This document shows positions 27,401 to 40,186 of a stretch of 64,000 nucleotides of DNA, piece after piece. Position 1 is the stretch's first letter. Each line of letters starts with the position of its first letter. The notes under the pieces were generated by a model. It did not search any database. It was not told the DNA's origin and worked only from the letters and a program-made list of their open reading frames with translations. Source of the DNA: Azolla caroliniana (Eukaryota > Plantae > Polypodiophyta); the NCBI GenBank assembly GCA_043228905.1, contig JBHGNT010000020.1:2232001-2296000 (forward strand), in the 5' to 3' direction. The position numbers were made by a program, and so were the translations under genes.

Positions 27401-30400
27401 GGAAATAGGAAGAAAGATCAAGTGCCTGCGGTCGGATGGTGGAAAAGAGTACTTTTCCGGTCAATTCAACGAGTATCTACAACAGATGGGAATTCGGCGC
27501 GAATTCAGTTGTAGATACATGCTGGAGCAAAACGGCGTGGCCGAGAGGAAGAATCGGTCGATTGTGGACGCGGCGCGGGCAATGCTAGAAGAAAAGAGCT
27601 TGCCCAAGTTCTATTGGGCTGAGGTGGTACGAACCGCGGTATACATCCATAATTGGATCGGAGAAAAAGTGTCGGCGCATGAGCAGTATTTCGGAAGGAA
27701 GCCGAAGCTACGACACTTGAGAGTTTTCGGTAGCATTGCGTATGTGCATGTATCGAAGGAGAAAAGGAGAAAGTTGGACGCGAAAGCCGAGAAGTGTATC
27801 TTGGTCGGTTACTCGGATGAGCAGAAGGGTTATAAGTGTTATAACCCTCGCACCAAACAAGCGCGCGTGAGCTGCGACGTTGTGTTTGACGAGTCCGCGT
27901 CCTAGTACTTGCCTCCGACTCCGGTCCTCACCTCCAATCCGAGTTTTGACGATGAAGTCAATGAGGCCGAGGTGCCTCCGGATGAGCCTGAAATCAGGAC
28001 CCCCGAAGAGAGTCTAATTTCGTTTCGGTTAAGCGGACCAGATGGACGACTGAGTCGGTTTGACCAGTCCGATGAAGAGCCGGCGAGTAGTGGAGACTTA
28101 GCTGTGCATTCCACGCAAAGAAAATGGGAAGAAGAAGGTGTCGGATTACGGCATGGATAGGAATGAGGGAAGTGACAACGAGTCTGACTCTGAGGGAAGT
28201 GACAACGAGTCTTCGAGACCGAAGTCTGTGTTGGCCAAGAAAGCCTCAACATCGGCCAATGAGCAATTACGCCGATCAACCCGCCAGAAGAACCCTATTA
28301 TGCGGTTCGGTTATAATGAATACATGGCGCACCATTACGCGTACATGACGCGAGTGGCGGAAGTGCGTGAGTCGGAGAGCTATGCAGAAGCGGCGAAGGA
28401 CGCAAATTGGCGTGCTGCAATGGAGGAAGAGATGCGTGCATTGGCAGAAAATGAAACCTGGAACCTGGTTGATGCACCGAAAGGTGTGAAGCCGATTGGA
28501 TGTGGGTGGGTGTACAAGGTCAAGTACAACACTGACGGCTCGGTCAACCGATACAAGGCCCGGTTAGTAGCGAAAGGCTACGTGCAGAAACACGACATCG
28601 ACTACGATGAGACGTTTGCGTCGGTCGCGAAGATGACGACCGTTCGTGTTTTGCTCGCGGTCGCTGTGGCAAAGGGGTGGCACTTACATCAGATGGATGT
28701 AAGGAATGCGTTCATGCAAGGTGAGCTTGAGGAACGGGTGTACATGGTACAACCCCCCAGATTTCACTCCAGAACGAACACTTCGGTGGTGTGTTGATTG
28801 AAGAAGTCCCTTTACGGACTAAAGCAAGCCCCGCGTGCCTGGAACGCAAAGATCACGCAGCAACTGCGTCAGATGGGCTTTGCGACGTCAAAATCAGACT
28901 CCTCACTGTTCATCCGGAAAGGTCGACTCGGGCCGGTTAGTATTTTACTTTATGTTGATGACTTGGTCATCACTGGCGCCGACCTAAGTGAAATCAACCG
29001 CGTAAAGCTTCAGCTTGTGGCATCATTTGACATGAAGGATCTGGGGGACCTTCATTACTTCCTCGGGATCGAAGTGATCCGTACCCCCGAAGGCATATTA
29101 ATCGGGCAACGTCATTACGCGTTGAATAATGCTCTTCAAATTCGGGATGGCAGACTGTAAGTCCGTCTCGACTCCTCCAGGTAGAACCGTAAAGCTTCGC
29201 CCCGATTCCAGAAAGGTATGCGACCCGACAAGGTTCCGACAGATCGTCGGAAGCCTTATATACTTGACCATCACTTGACCAGATCTTAGCTACCCGGTCG
29301 GGGTGATTAGTCAATTCATGGCGCGACCTATGGAGGAGCACCGTCAGTGTGCTCAACGCGTACTACGGTATGTAAGCGGCACTAAGGACTGGGGGCTACT
29401 ATATCAGGCCGATACTGCCTCGTAGTTGGTCAGTTACACCGATGCTTATTGGGCCGGAAATGTCGCCGATCGTAGATCGATGTCCGGTTTCGCGTTCTCT
29501 CTCGGGAGTGCCGCGATCGCGTGGAGTAGCAAGAAGCAACCGACAGTTGCACTGTCGAGCACCGAAGCCGAGTATAGAGGAGCGGCTGTTGCGACATGTG
29601 AAGCCATATGGTTGAAGCGGCTACTTAAGGATCTGCAAGTGGAGGTACCCGATCCAACGATAATCTATTGTGACAACCTCAACAACATCCATCTCGCAAA
29701 GAACCCTGTCTTCCATACCCGGACTAAGCACATTGAGGTGCACTACCATTTCATCCGTGAGCATGTTCTCTCTGGTGAAGTCGAACTTCAGTATGTTCCG
29801 ACGGATCGGCAGACCACCGACATTTTCAACAAGCCTCTTGGTCTGGACAAGTTGCGGCAATTCTCGGGTACGCTTGGGTTGCATCACCTCGACGTGCCGA
29901 ACTTGAGGGGGAGAGACGTCCCGAATGACCATGGAAGAGGGAGAGAAGTTCTGAAAGACAAAGACCGCGACGCCGAGTCGGATGACGAATTCGATGTCGG
30001 ATCGGCTGAAGAAGCCGAGGGTGGACCTACGGAAGATTCCAGAAGCGGACATAAGGGGAACAGTCGAAAGAAAGAGCTGAAGCCAACCAAGGGTGAGAAG
30101 ACCGAGGACGAGTTGGAGACAACCAACTCAGACGAGAGTGAAAATTGATCGGAGGAAGCCGAGTCGGTTCGGATGTTTGATTCAGATACGCTGAATCAAC
30201 CAAGGGCCAAGCGGAAGAAAAGGCAACAAAAGAGGCTCCAACACCGCAACAACAAGCAAGCTGAGAAGGGCCGTGTGAGCAGACAAGCCAACCGGAAGGG
30301 TCGAGGCGTGCGGAATCGAACAGGTCGAAGAGCACGAGCAAGGCATGAAGCTAGAAGGAAGCAGAGCGTAGACCTGGAAGAGCAGATGGAACCTCAAGTT

Positions 30401-30868
30401 GAGCTTGAGGGGGAGTGTTGAGATACAAGCTCAACATTGGCTGGATCGGCTGTGCAAGCCGAGAACCGGATCGGTTGGGACCGATCGGTTAGGCCGGACC
30501 GGTGCGTAAAATGGATGCGTAAACCGGTACGCAAATCGGTGCGTAACGAGAGGCCGTATCGGTGCGTAAACCGAAAGGCTGTTAGAGAGATATTCCTCGT
30601 AAAGGAATAATTTTGGGAGTGAGTGTCGAGGCTCACTTACGAGCATTCAAGTATTGTCAGTACTTGTGTTAGCCCGATTGTTAGGGCTTGTATAAAAGGT
30701 GCTCACTGAGTACGGTGTATGTACACAGAGTTAGTATTTTTTGAATTGAACTTCTTGTGTGTTCTCTCCCTGTCTCTCTCGTGTATTGCGTATACTCAAG
30801 ATCTCCATTAAACCTGCGTATTTTCTGTGTGTTTGGTTTTGTATTGCTTCCACACATAATCTTTTACA
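24461..30868 (+). mobile_element. Full-length Ty1/copia element E nested in gypsy B
   Basis: 453-bp LTRs at 24461-24913 and 30416-30868. PBS at 24914-24925 and PPT TGAGGGGGAG. Gag 24997-26028, INT 27393-27905, RT 28138-29160, RH 29426-30148. Degenerate TSD GATTG/AATGG. Confidence 0.95.
26032..26684 (+). mobile_element. Solo LTR F1 of the ACGT-targeting gypsy lineage
   Basis: TGTCGTG...CGTGACA ends. TSD ACGT at 26028-26031 and 26685-26688. Removal restores host protease codons ATG ACG TGC CAC GAG. Homologous to 48258-48905. Confidence 0.9.
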
Positions 30869-31310
30869 AATGGCATTTCCTTCATCACATTGACCGGTCT
30901 GGGCACCTCAGTTGTCCCAAGGTCAACCTCTTCTAGGTTGGATGCCTTTACTCGTTGGCATATGACCATCTCTCACTCTAACGATTCATGCACCTGTTCC
31001 CGGATTGCATCCCAATCTAGCTCATTGAATTCGTCCTCTTGATGTGTAACGTATGATGTGACGGCTAAATCTACCTCGAAAAGCGGTACGATCTTGGAAT
31101 GTTCATCTAAGTACTGGTCTATTTCGTCATTTGTCAATCCATCCAGCATATTAATACTTTCAGCATATCGGGGCATCAAGTACTTGCTCGTACCGGCCCA
31201 TTCTTAGGTTGGTACCTAGACTTTGGTTTTCCCTCATCTGAAAGTTATCACATTCTTCTGCCAATTTTGTTTAATGTGTGCTATTTTCAACCATACTCTT
31301 CCCAATAATA

Positions 31311-31609
31311 TGTTAGGATTTTAGTCCCTCCGGATAGGATATGAATATCCGGCAAGGAAGACCCGGTGAGAACCGGATGATGAGTACTCGGCAACGGACG
31401 ACCCGGTGAGAACTAGATGACGCAGGCCCGGTGAGAACCTCTCACCGGATGAAGGGACATATTTAAATATGTCTCTGTTAGCCCATTGTGGCTATATTTG
31501 TAAATATCCCAAAAGTCATATTACTATAAATATGACCTAGGGCAAACAGAGGTATTGTTGTTGCAAATCGTTGTATAGAGTTATTGGTGTAACTACTATA
31601 CAGAGCGTA

Positions 31610-31649
<40 letters not shown>

Positions 31650-34600
31650 TGAACAGTCTCTGTTGTAACCGCCTGTTGGCGAAGATTGAGAGCATGAGGT
31701 TGTTGCCTCTGTGACTTATTACTGTTGTATTCTTCTTACATAGTGATAGTTTGGAGTCTGTAGGATCCCGTGGTTTCTCCCTCTTACGGTTTTCCACATT
31801 AACATACTGTGTACTTTCTCTCTCTCATATTGTTTTTGTATACGTGCATTTACCTTCATTGCCCATTTCTTCTATGGTTGTGATTCTAATGAAGTGATTG
31901 AAGTCTCGGTTGTGGCCGAGCATTATTCCGCATATTCTTGCCAATCTGGTATCAAAGTGAAATGACACAGAAAATGGAAGAATCCTACGGTGCATGTTCA
32001 AGCTCACCGGCTCCAACTACTCAGTGTGGAAGTCGAAGATGAGGGACATGCTCGTGGTGAAAGATCTTTGGTTGCCGGTTCAGTTCGAGGACAAGAGACC
32101 GGATAAGATCGACGCCATGGTGTGGGAGGTGGTGCACATGAAGACGACGACGTACAGGGGGTGCTTCATCAACATGAGCCTGTACAACAACTTCAATGAA
32201 GAGAGCAAGGCTCATGAGCTCTGGGAGAAGATCGGCATTATGTTTCAGAACAAAAATGTTGTGAATCGGGTTTCGGTATTTCGGAAGCTAGTAAGACTCT
32301 GGTACCAAGATGGCTCCAGTATGGCGAAGCACATGAATGCCTTCCAGGGGATGATTCACCAGGCAACATCATTGGAAGTACCTCTCGTCGATGAGGTACT
32401 AGCATTGCTCCTGCTCGGTTCCCTCCCAGATAGATGAGAGACGTTGGTTGTCACATTGGGCAACGTTGGGCCGGAAGGAAAACAACTATCCCTAACAAGG
32501 GTCAAGTCGAGCTTGCGAGATGAGGAGGAGCGTCGGAATGACAAGGATACGAACTCCGACTCCAAAGCAGTCCTTACCGAATCGGAACACGGAAGACAAA
32601 GGAATCAAAGTCCCCAGAACCGGGAAAAATCGGGGACACGGTCAAAGTCAAGGGCTGGCTCACTTGCTTCTATTGCGGCAAGCCGGGGCACTTCTAGAAG
32701 AACTATTGGTACTTTCAAAAAGACAAGGAAATTGACAGTACTGATTTGAAACAGTCACCGGACCAGAACGGTAAAGACCGGAGGGGACCGGACCGGAAGG
32801 GAACGACGACAATCGCGGCAAGTGAACACTCGAAGAACCGGCCGGTTACGAAGAGGACACTGAACCGGCAGAAGAAGAAGAGGAAGCAGGAACCGGAACC
32901 GGCCAAGATCCTGAATTGGATTCGGATGAAGAACAAACAAAGGAGCTGGTTGCCAGAAACCAAGGACGTAGATATCCTCTCAGAGAGAGAAGGCCCCCCC
33001 AAAGATTTTTGGATGCAGAGCATGTGTTGCTGACCGATGAGGGGGAGCCGGAAAGCTTCGAAGAAGAGAAGGATGACACCCATAGCCGCAAGTGGTTGAG
33101 TGCCATGCAAGAAGAGATGGAGTCCCTACATGAGAACCACACGTATGAATTGGTGGTGTTGCCGGAAGGAAAGAGGGCACTCGGAAACAAGTGAGTGTAC
33201 AAGCTGAAACCGGGCAATGTCAGCAACCCCCCAAGATACAAAGCCAAGATCGTGGTGAAGGGGTTCCAACAGAAGAAGGGCATGGACTTCAACGAGACAT
33301 TTGCCCTGGTAGTAAAGATGACTTCCATCCGGACGGTGCTGAGCATAACGACAAGCACGAACCTTGAGGTAGAGCAGTTAGATGTGGAGATGACGTTCCT
33401 CCACGACGATCTTGAAGAGGAGATTGACATGCAGCAACAGGAGGGATTTGTGAAGAAAGGGAAGGAGCGCTTGGTTTGCCGGTTGAAGAAGAGAACCGGA
33501 AGGGAACGACAACGAGGCCCGAACCGGAAGGGAATGACGGCGATCGCGGCAAGTGAAGAAGAGTTGATGCTCATCACCGAGGAGAGTGAGTTGAACCCTA
33601 CCGGCAATGAGACAACATGGGTTGTCGATTCCGGAGCGTCATTCCACCTTACCCCGGACCGGAAATCCTTCTCATCCTACACAGACGATGAGCATGGCGA
33701 AGGAAGGGACATGCCAAATTGTCGGCATAGGAGATGTGTTGTTGACGACATCAACCGGATGCAAGCTGCTGTTGAAGGATGTCCGACATGTTCCAAAGGT
33801 TCGACTTAACCTGATATCAGCCGATCGGCTAGATGATGAAGGCTACAAGGGTAGCATCCGGAATGGAGTCATGAAGTTCTGCAAAGGGAGCCTAATAGTG
33901 GCTCAGGTTGGGAAAGTCAACACGCTGTATATAATGAATGCCCGGTTATGCCTGGAAGACGTGAACGTGGTATCCGACACTGTCGGTGAGCTGTGCCACA
34001 AGAGACAGTGTCACATGAGCGAGAAGGGGATGAAGAGGCTTGTCGAATAGAACCTCATTCCGGTGAAGGATGTGCATCTTGAGAGGTGCACCGACTGCTT
34101 GGCCGGTAAGCAAAACCGGACCTCCTTCCGATCCAGGCCACCGATGAGACGTAATGCACCATTGGAGTTGGTGCATACCGATGTGTGTCAAGTGGACATG
34201 AAGTCACATGCCGGATCGCAGTACTTCGTGACGTTCATAGATGACCACAACCGGAAGCTGTGGGCCACATAGTTCAAGATGAAGGATCAAGTGTTATCCG
34301 TCTTCAAGGAGCTCCACCCGAGAGTGGAAAGAGAAACCGGGCGGAAGCTGAAGGCGCTTCGAGCAGATAACGGAGGAGAATACAGGGGGCAATTCGAAGA
34401 GTACTGCCGCTCGAAGGGAATCCGGATCGAATTTACCATGCTAAAGATGCCGGAACTAAACAAGCTGGCCGAGAGAATGAACCAGACCATAATGGAGAGG
34501 GTCCGGAGCATGTTGGCACATGCTAAGCTACCCAAGAAGTTTTGGGTTGAAGCACTGTTGACAACGACGTATGTGATAAACAGATCACCCTCAGTAATCT

Positions 34601-37016
34601 TGGACGGAGACACGCCGCAGAGAGTGTGGACTGGTAAGGAAGTGTCTTACCGGCATCTGAAGGTGTTCAGGTGTCTCGCTTACGTGCATGTCGCAAAGGA
34701 CCGGAGAGAAAAGTTGGATCCAAAGTCTCGGCCTTGCATATTCCTCGGATATGGTGATGATGAGTTTGGCTCTCGAGTGTGGGATTTGGTCGACAAGAAG
34801 GATTTCCGGATTCGAGATATTATATTCATGGAGGAAAAGACTCTTGCCGACTAGGAGTCAGAGAAGAAGATAAGGAACTCCGAGTTGACCGGAAAGGACC
34901 GATTTGATGAGATGCAAACCCAACCGGCAAAGAACCGGTTAACACTCGAAGAACTGGCCGGTTACGGAGAGGACACCGAACCGGCAGAAGAAGAAGAGGA
35001 AGCAGGCACCAGAACCGGCCAAGATCCAGAATCAGATTCGGATGAAGAACAAACAGAGGAGCCGGTTGCCAGAAACCAAGGACGCAGATATCCTCTCAGA
35101 GAGAGAAGCCCCCCCCGGAGATTTCGGGATGCAAAGCATGTGTTGCTGACCGATGAGGGGGAGCCGGAAAGCTTCGAAGATGCAAAGGATGACACCCATA
35201 GCTGCAAGTGGTTGAGTGCCATGCAGGACGAGATGGATTCCCTGCATGAGAACCACACGTATGAATTGGTGGAGTTGCTGAAAGGAAAGAGGGCACTCCG
35301 AAACAAGCGGGTGTACAAGCTGCAACTGGGAGATGCCAGCAACCCGCCGAGATACAAAGCCAGGATCGTGGTGAAGGGGTTCCAATAGAAGAAGGGCGTG
35401 GACTTCGATGATATATTTTCCCTGGTAGTAAAGATGACTTCCATCCGGACGGTGCTGAGCATAGCGCCAAGCATGAACCTTGAGCTAGAGCAGTTAGATG
35501 TGAAGATGGGGTTCCTCCACGACGACCTCGAAGAGGAGATCTACATGCAACAATCGGAGGGATTTGTGAAGAAAGGAAAGGAGCACCTGGTTTGCCGGTT
35601 GAAGAAGAGCCTCTACGGTTTGAAGCAGGCTCCCTGTCAATGGTACCAGAAGTTCGACTCCTTCATGACGGATCAAGGATACCACAAGACGTAGGCCGAT
35701 CACTGCATGTTTGTGAAGAAGTTTGACGGTGGAGACTTCCTGATACTCCTCCTGTATGTGGATGACATGTTGATCGTCAGATGAGACCAAGTCAAGATAC
35801 GGACGTTGAAGAAGGCTTTGAACCAGACCTTCTCAATGAAAGACTTGGGTCCGACAAGACAGATATAGGGGATGCATATTATCCGGAACCGGTCAAAGAA
35901 GCAATTGTGGCTGTCATAGGAGAAGTACGTGACAAATGTGCTTCAGCAGCTCAACATGTCAGATGCGAAACCGGTCGGATCGACACTCCCAACAAACTGT
36001 AGGTTATCCGGTAAGCAAAGCCTGAAGACGAAGGCAGAGAAGGTGGATATGATGAAGATACCATATGCCTCTACCGTTGGGAGCTTAATGTACGCAATGG
36101 TGTGCACCCGACTGGATATCGGATACGCAGTGAGAGTGGTGAGCCGGTTTATGAGCAATCTCGGCAAGGAGCACTGGAATGCGGTAAAATCGATACTCCG
36201 ATACTTGAAAGGCACCTCAAGTATGTGTCTCCGATTCGGCTTGGGTAAAACCCAACTTGATGGTTTCACCGATTCGGATATGTCGGTTGATGTGGATACT
36301 AGCAGGTCAACATCGGGATATGTTATGACATATGCAAGGGGAGCTATTTCGTGGCTGCAGAAGACGGTTGCATCATCAACCATGGAGGCAGAGTAAATGG
36401 CAGTCATGGAAGCCGACAAGGAAATATTATGGATGAAGGACTTCATCGGAGAGCTAGGGATCCGGCAAGAGGAATACCGGCTCTACTGTGATAGTCAGAG
36501 TGCCATCCACCTTGCAAAGAACGCGACGTATCATGTCAGGACAAAGCACATCCAACACAGGTACCACTAGATCCGGGAGCGAGTAGAAGATCGGCATTTC
36601 GTGCTGACGAAGATCCACACGGAGGAGAACAAAGTGTTGACACCCGACAAGCTATATGCATGCAGGAAGAGGATCAGATTGATGAGGCATCCCATGCCGG
36701 AGTGAAGGGGGAGTTTGTTAGGATTTTGGTCCCTCTGTATAGGATATGAGTACCCAGCAAGGAAGACCCGGTGAGAACCGGATGATGAGTACCCGGCAAA
36801 GGAAGGCCCGGTGAGAACCGGATGAGGAAGGCCCGGTGAGAACCTCTCACCGGATGAAGGGAGATATATTTAAATATGTCTTTGTTAGCCCATTGTGGCT
36901 ATATTTGTAAATAGCCCGAAAGTCATATTAGTATAAATATGACCTAGGGCAAACAAAGGTATTGTTGTTGCAGATTGTTGTATAGAGTTATTGGTGTAAC
37001 TACTATACAGAGCGTA

Positions 37017-37092
<76 letters not shown>

Positions 37093-38251
37093 TGAACAAT
37101 CTTTGTTGTAACCGCCTATTGGCGAAGATTGAGAGCACGAGGTTGTTGCCTCTGTGACTTATTACTGTTGTATTCTTCTTACATAGTGATAGTTTGGAGT
37201 CTATGGGCTCCCATGGTTTTTCCCTCTTAGGGTTTTCCACGTTAACATATTGTGTACTTTCTCTCTCTCATATTGTTTGTGTATACGTGCATTTACCTTC
37301 ATTGCCTATTTCTTCTGTGGTGGTGATTCTAATGAAGTCATTGAAGTCTCAGTTGTGGCCAAGCATTAGTCCACATATTCTTGTCAATCTGGTATCAGAG
37401 CGAAACGACACAGAAAATGGAAGATTCATTTGGCGGCATGTTCAAGCTTACCGGCTCCAACTACTCAGTGTGGAAGTCGAAGATGAGGGACATGCTCGTG
37501 GTTAAAGATCTTTGGTTGCCGGTACAGTTCGGGGACAAGAGACCGGACAAGATCGATGCCACAATATGGGAGGTGATGCACATGAAAACAACAACGTACA
37601 TACGGTGCTTCATCGACATGAGCCTGTACAACAACTTCCTTGAGGAGAGTAAGGCTCATGAGCTCTAGGAGAAGATTGGCATTATGTTCCAGAACAAAAA
37701 TGCTGTTAATCGGGTTACGATATTTTGGAAGCTAGTGCAGCTTCGGTACCAAGACGGCTCCAGCATGGCGGAGCACATGAATGCCTTCTAGGGGCTGATT
37801 CATCAGGCAACATCGTTGGAAGTACCTCTCGCCGATCAGTTACTAGCATTACTCCTACTCGGTTCCCTCCCGGATAGCTGGGAGACGTTAGTTGTCACTT
37901 TGGGCAACGCCGGGCCGGAAGGAAAACAATTATCCCTAGCAAGAGTGAAGTAGAGCTTGCTAGATGAGGAGGTGCGTCAGAAAGACAAAGAGGTAATCTC
38001 AGACCCCAAAGCAATCCTTACCGAATCGGAACGTGGAAGACAAAGGAACCGTAGTCCCCAGAATCGGGAAAAGTTGGGGACACGGTCAAAGTCAAGGGGG
38101 AGACCCACTTGCTTCTATTGCGGCAAGCTGGGGCACTTCTAGAAGGACTGTCGGCATTTACCTTCATTGCCCATTTCTTCTATGGTTGTGATTCTAATGA
38201 AGTGATTGAAGTCACGGTTATGGCCGAGCATTATTCCGTATATCCTTGTCA
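31311..38251 (+). mobile_element. Tandem three-LTR Ty1/copia structure G (C-related family)
   Basis: LTR 31311-31943, PBS 31947, gag-pol, PPT, LTR 36716-37386, second PBS 37390, second gag to ~38150, then the last ~100 bp of a third LTR (38153-38251). Flanks TAATA and AAAGG do not match. Confidence 0.9.
37023..37089. repeat. (GA)n microsatellite inside G LTR
   Basis: Pure AG run. A shorter equivalent lies at ~31612-31646 in the other LTR. Confidence 0.95.
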
Positions 38252-39532
38252 AAAGGAAGATGAGCCGACCGAAGGAGTCGGCATATCCGAAAATGTCGGA
38301 AGAAGCGGCAGAGTCAAGAAGGACAGAGCCGACTGGAAGAGAACAACCAAGACCTAGATGTGGTCCAGTGTGGTGAAGGACCTGAAACGGGAAGACAAGT
38401 TGGAGAACACCGACTCGGACAAGATCTAGAACGAATCGAAGGAAACCGATTCAGTTCAAGATTCGGAGAAACCGGATCAACTAAAGGCCAAGTGGACACG
38501 GACGCAGCGGAAGTCGACGCCAACATGAAGGAACTAACGAGTCGACAAGCGCCGGAGTCACAACAACGAGGGAGCTGAAATGGGCTTGTTGAGCAGACAA
38601 GCTGACCAAGGAGGTCGGTGCGCAAAACCAGAAGGGTCGTGGCAAACAAGACCGGACCGGACGAGGAACGCGAGTGAGGCGAAGTGTTGAGAATCAAGCT
38701 CAACTTGGTCTAGTGTGTGAACTCACCTTGAGAGTGAATAAACACTCCAACGGTCAAGAGTCACCATTATGTCACCTGTTTGTATTCTAGCATTTAGTAT
38801 GAGTCATAGAATCATATTCTATGACACATAACTTATGAGCTTTCACATTCCCCATGCTCCATGAGTCTTGTAGTTAATGAAGAGAGAGGGTGACTATATA
38901 AAGCACCCTCCTTCCACCTTGTATAATGTTGAGTCTTTCTCCTTTGTTAATATGATCTACCTTGCGTATACTCTGTGTCTTACTCCTTGTCTCTCTCACT
39001 CTCTCTCTCTCTCATACACACACACAGTTCACGAAGCAATGCCAGAAGGAGCCGGGTAGAAGAACCGGCTACCGCGGACACTAACACCACGATCCAACCT
39101 CAAGTTGAGCTTGAGGGGTAGTGTTGAGCGAGAAAGCTCAACCGGATCCGGATTGGCTGAATAAGCCTGAGCCAGATTGGTATTCGGAAACAACTAGCCG
39201 GATCAGAGAGCCGGATTCAAGCGAGAACCGGAAGCCTAGTAGTAGCCTAGACTACTAGGTAATCATTGTCTCGTAGTTAGTGTCAGTCACACTTGTGAGC
39301 ATTGAAGTACCTGTCAATACTTCTGTCAGTCCTTTATGGACTTGTATAAATAATGTTGTTTAGCACGTTGTATCTACAGAGTTTTAGAGTTAATTTTTTG
39401 AATATAGTTTTATGTTTTGCTCTCTCTATCTCCTCTGTGTTCTTAAGCTTTTCCATTAAACCTTTATCTCATTTTCTATTGCTATCCGGATGAGCCGGTT
39501 CTATCTGACGCTTCCGCACATTAACATTTATA
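38252..39532 (+). mobile_element. 3' remnant of an E-related copia (K): 3' region, PPT and 3' LTR 39122-39532
   Basis: CCTCAAGTTGAGCTTGAGGGG precedes TGTTGAG as in E. The LTR has similar layout and ending (CTTCCGCACA..TTTATA). Confidence 0.75.
38685..39031 (+). mobile_element. Solo LTR of copia D family
   Basis: Nearly identical to 21458-21806. TSD CGAAG at 38680-38684 and 39032-39036. Confidence 0.9.
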
Positions 39533-40186
39533 GAATGTCGTTCAAGGCTTGGGTATGTCTTGATTCCTTCGCTCGGGGGTGGTCGGGTGTCTTTACTATC
39601 TACCATCTATTTCCTTAGTTTATGCTTACATTACAAATAATCTCTAAGAAAGAGGGGGGATGGTGTTCTACTAAATGTAACGTAGGCAAGTGTGAAACTC
39701 TTGTCAATAATGGTTTCAAAATCTCATTTGTAGGAATAAGGGAGGATGTTGACATGGGTTCAAAGACCAACAAATTGTTTACTTGTTGGTCCTTTGTTTT
39801 AGTCAAATGCTAGTCCCCATGATGGATGGTTATGTTGTCCGGACTCATGCGTGTCAAACAAAGGTGATGGGGGTAATGGATAGGGGTGACTATAAATGCA
39901 AGGAAGGCATGAAGTATGGTGATGGTGAATTGGGGATGTGAGAATGTTTATTGGGGCGTGTTGGAGTAAACAGGTTGGGGAAAGACTAAGAGGTGGAGTG
40001 GAGTGGGGGTGGTGTGACCTTGGCTTTTTTATGGTTAGTAAGTGGGTGGTGGTGGTGGTGGTGGTGGTGGGGACAAGTGTTTGTAAGAGGGACATAGTGA
40101 GGAATAGTGAGGTATGGAGGTATATACTGTTGGCCTAAAAGGCCAACTCTACCCAATTGTATCTCTAGTGTGAACCCACGACCTAG

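Larger units (their letters stand above)
9126..31310 (-). mobile_element. Ty3/gypsy element B (non-chromovirus-like), host of many nested insertions; gag and 5' LTR lost
   Basis: Pol segments lie at 14094-16065 (INT, RNase H), 21126-21457, 23826-24460 (RT: FSGYNQI, MFGLKMAPATFQ) and 30869-31310. An extra ORF lies at ~10470-13679. A probable 3' LTR spans ~9126-10467. Confidence 0.8.

Noticed and set aside
36740-36860. GGATGATGAG repeats in copia LTRs as hammerhead ribozymes (retrozyme-like)
   Set aside because: There is no CTGATGA core paired with a properly placed GAAA and stems. They are better read as U3 repeats.
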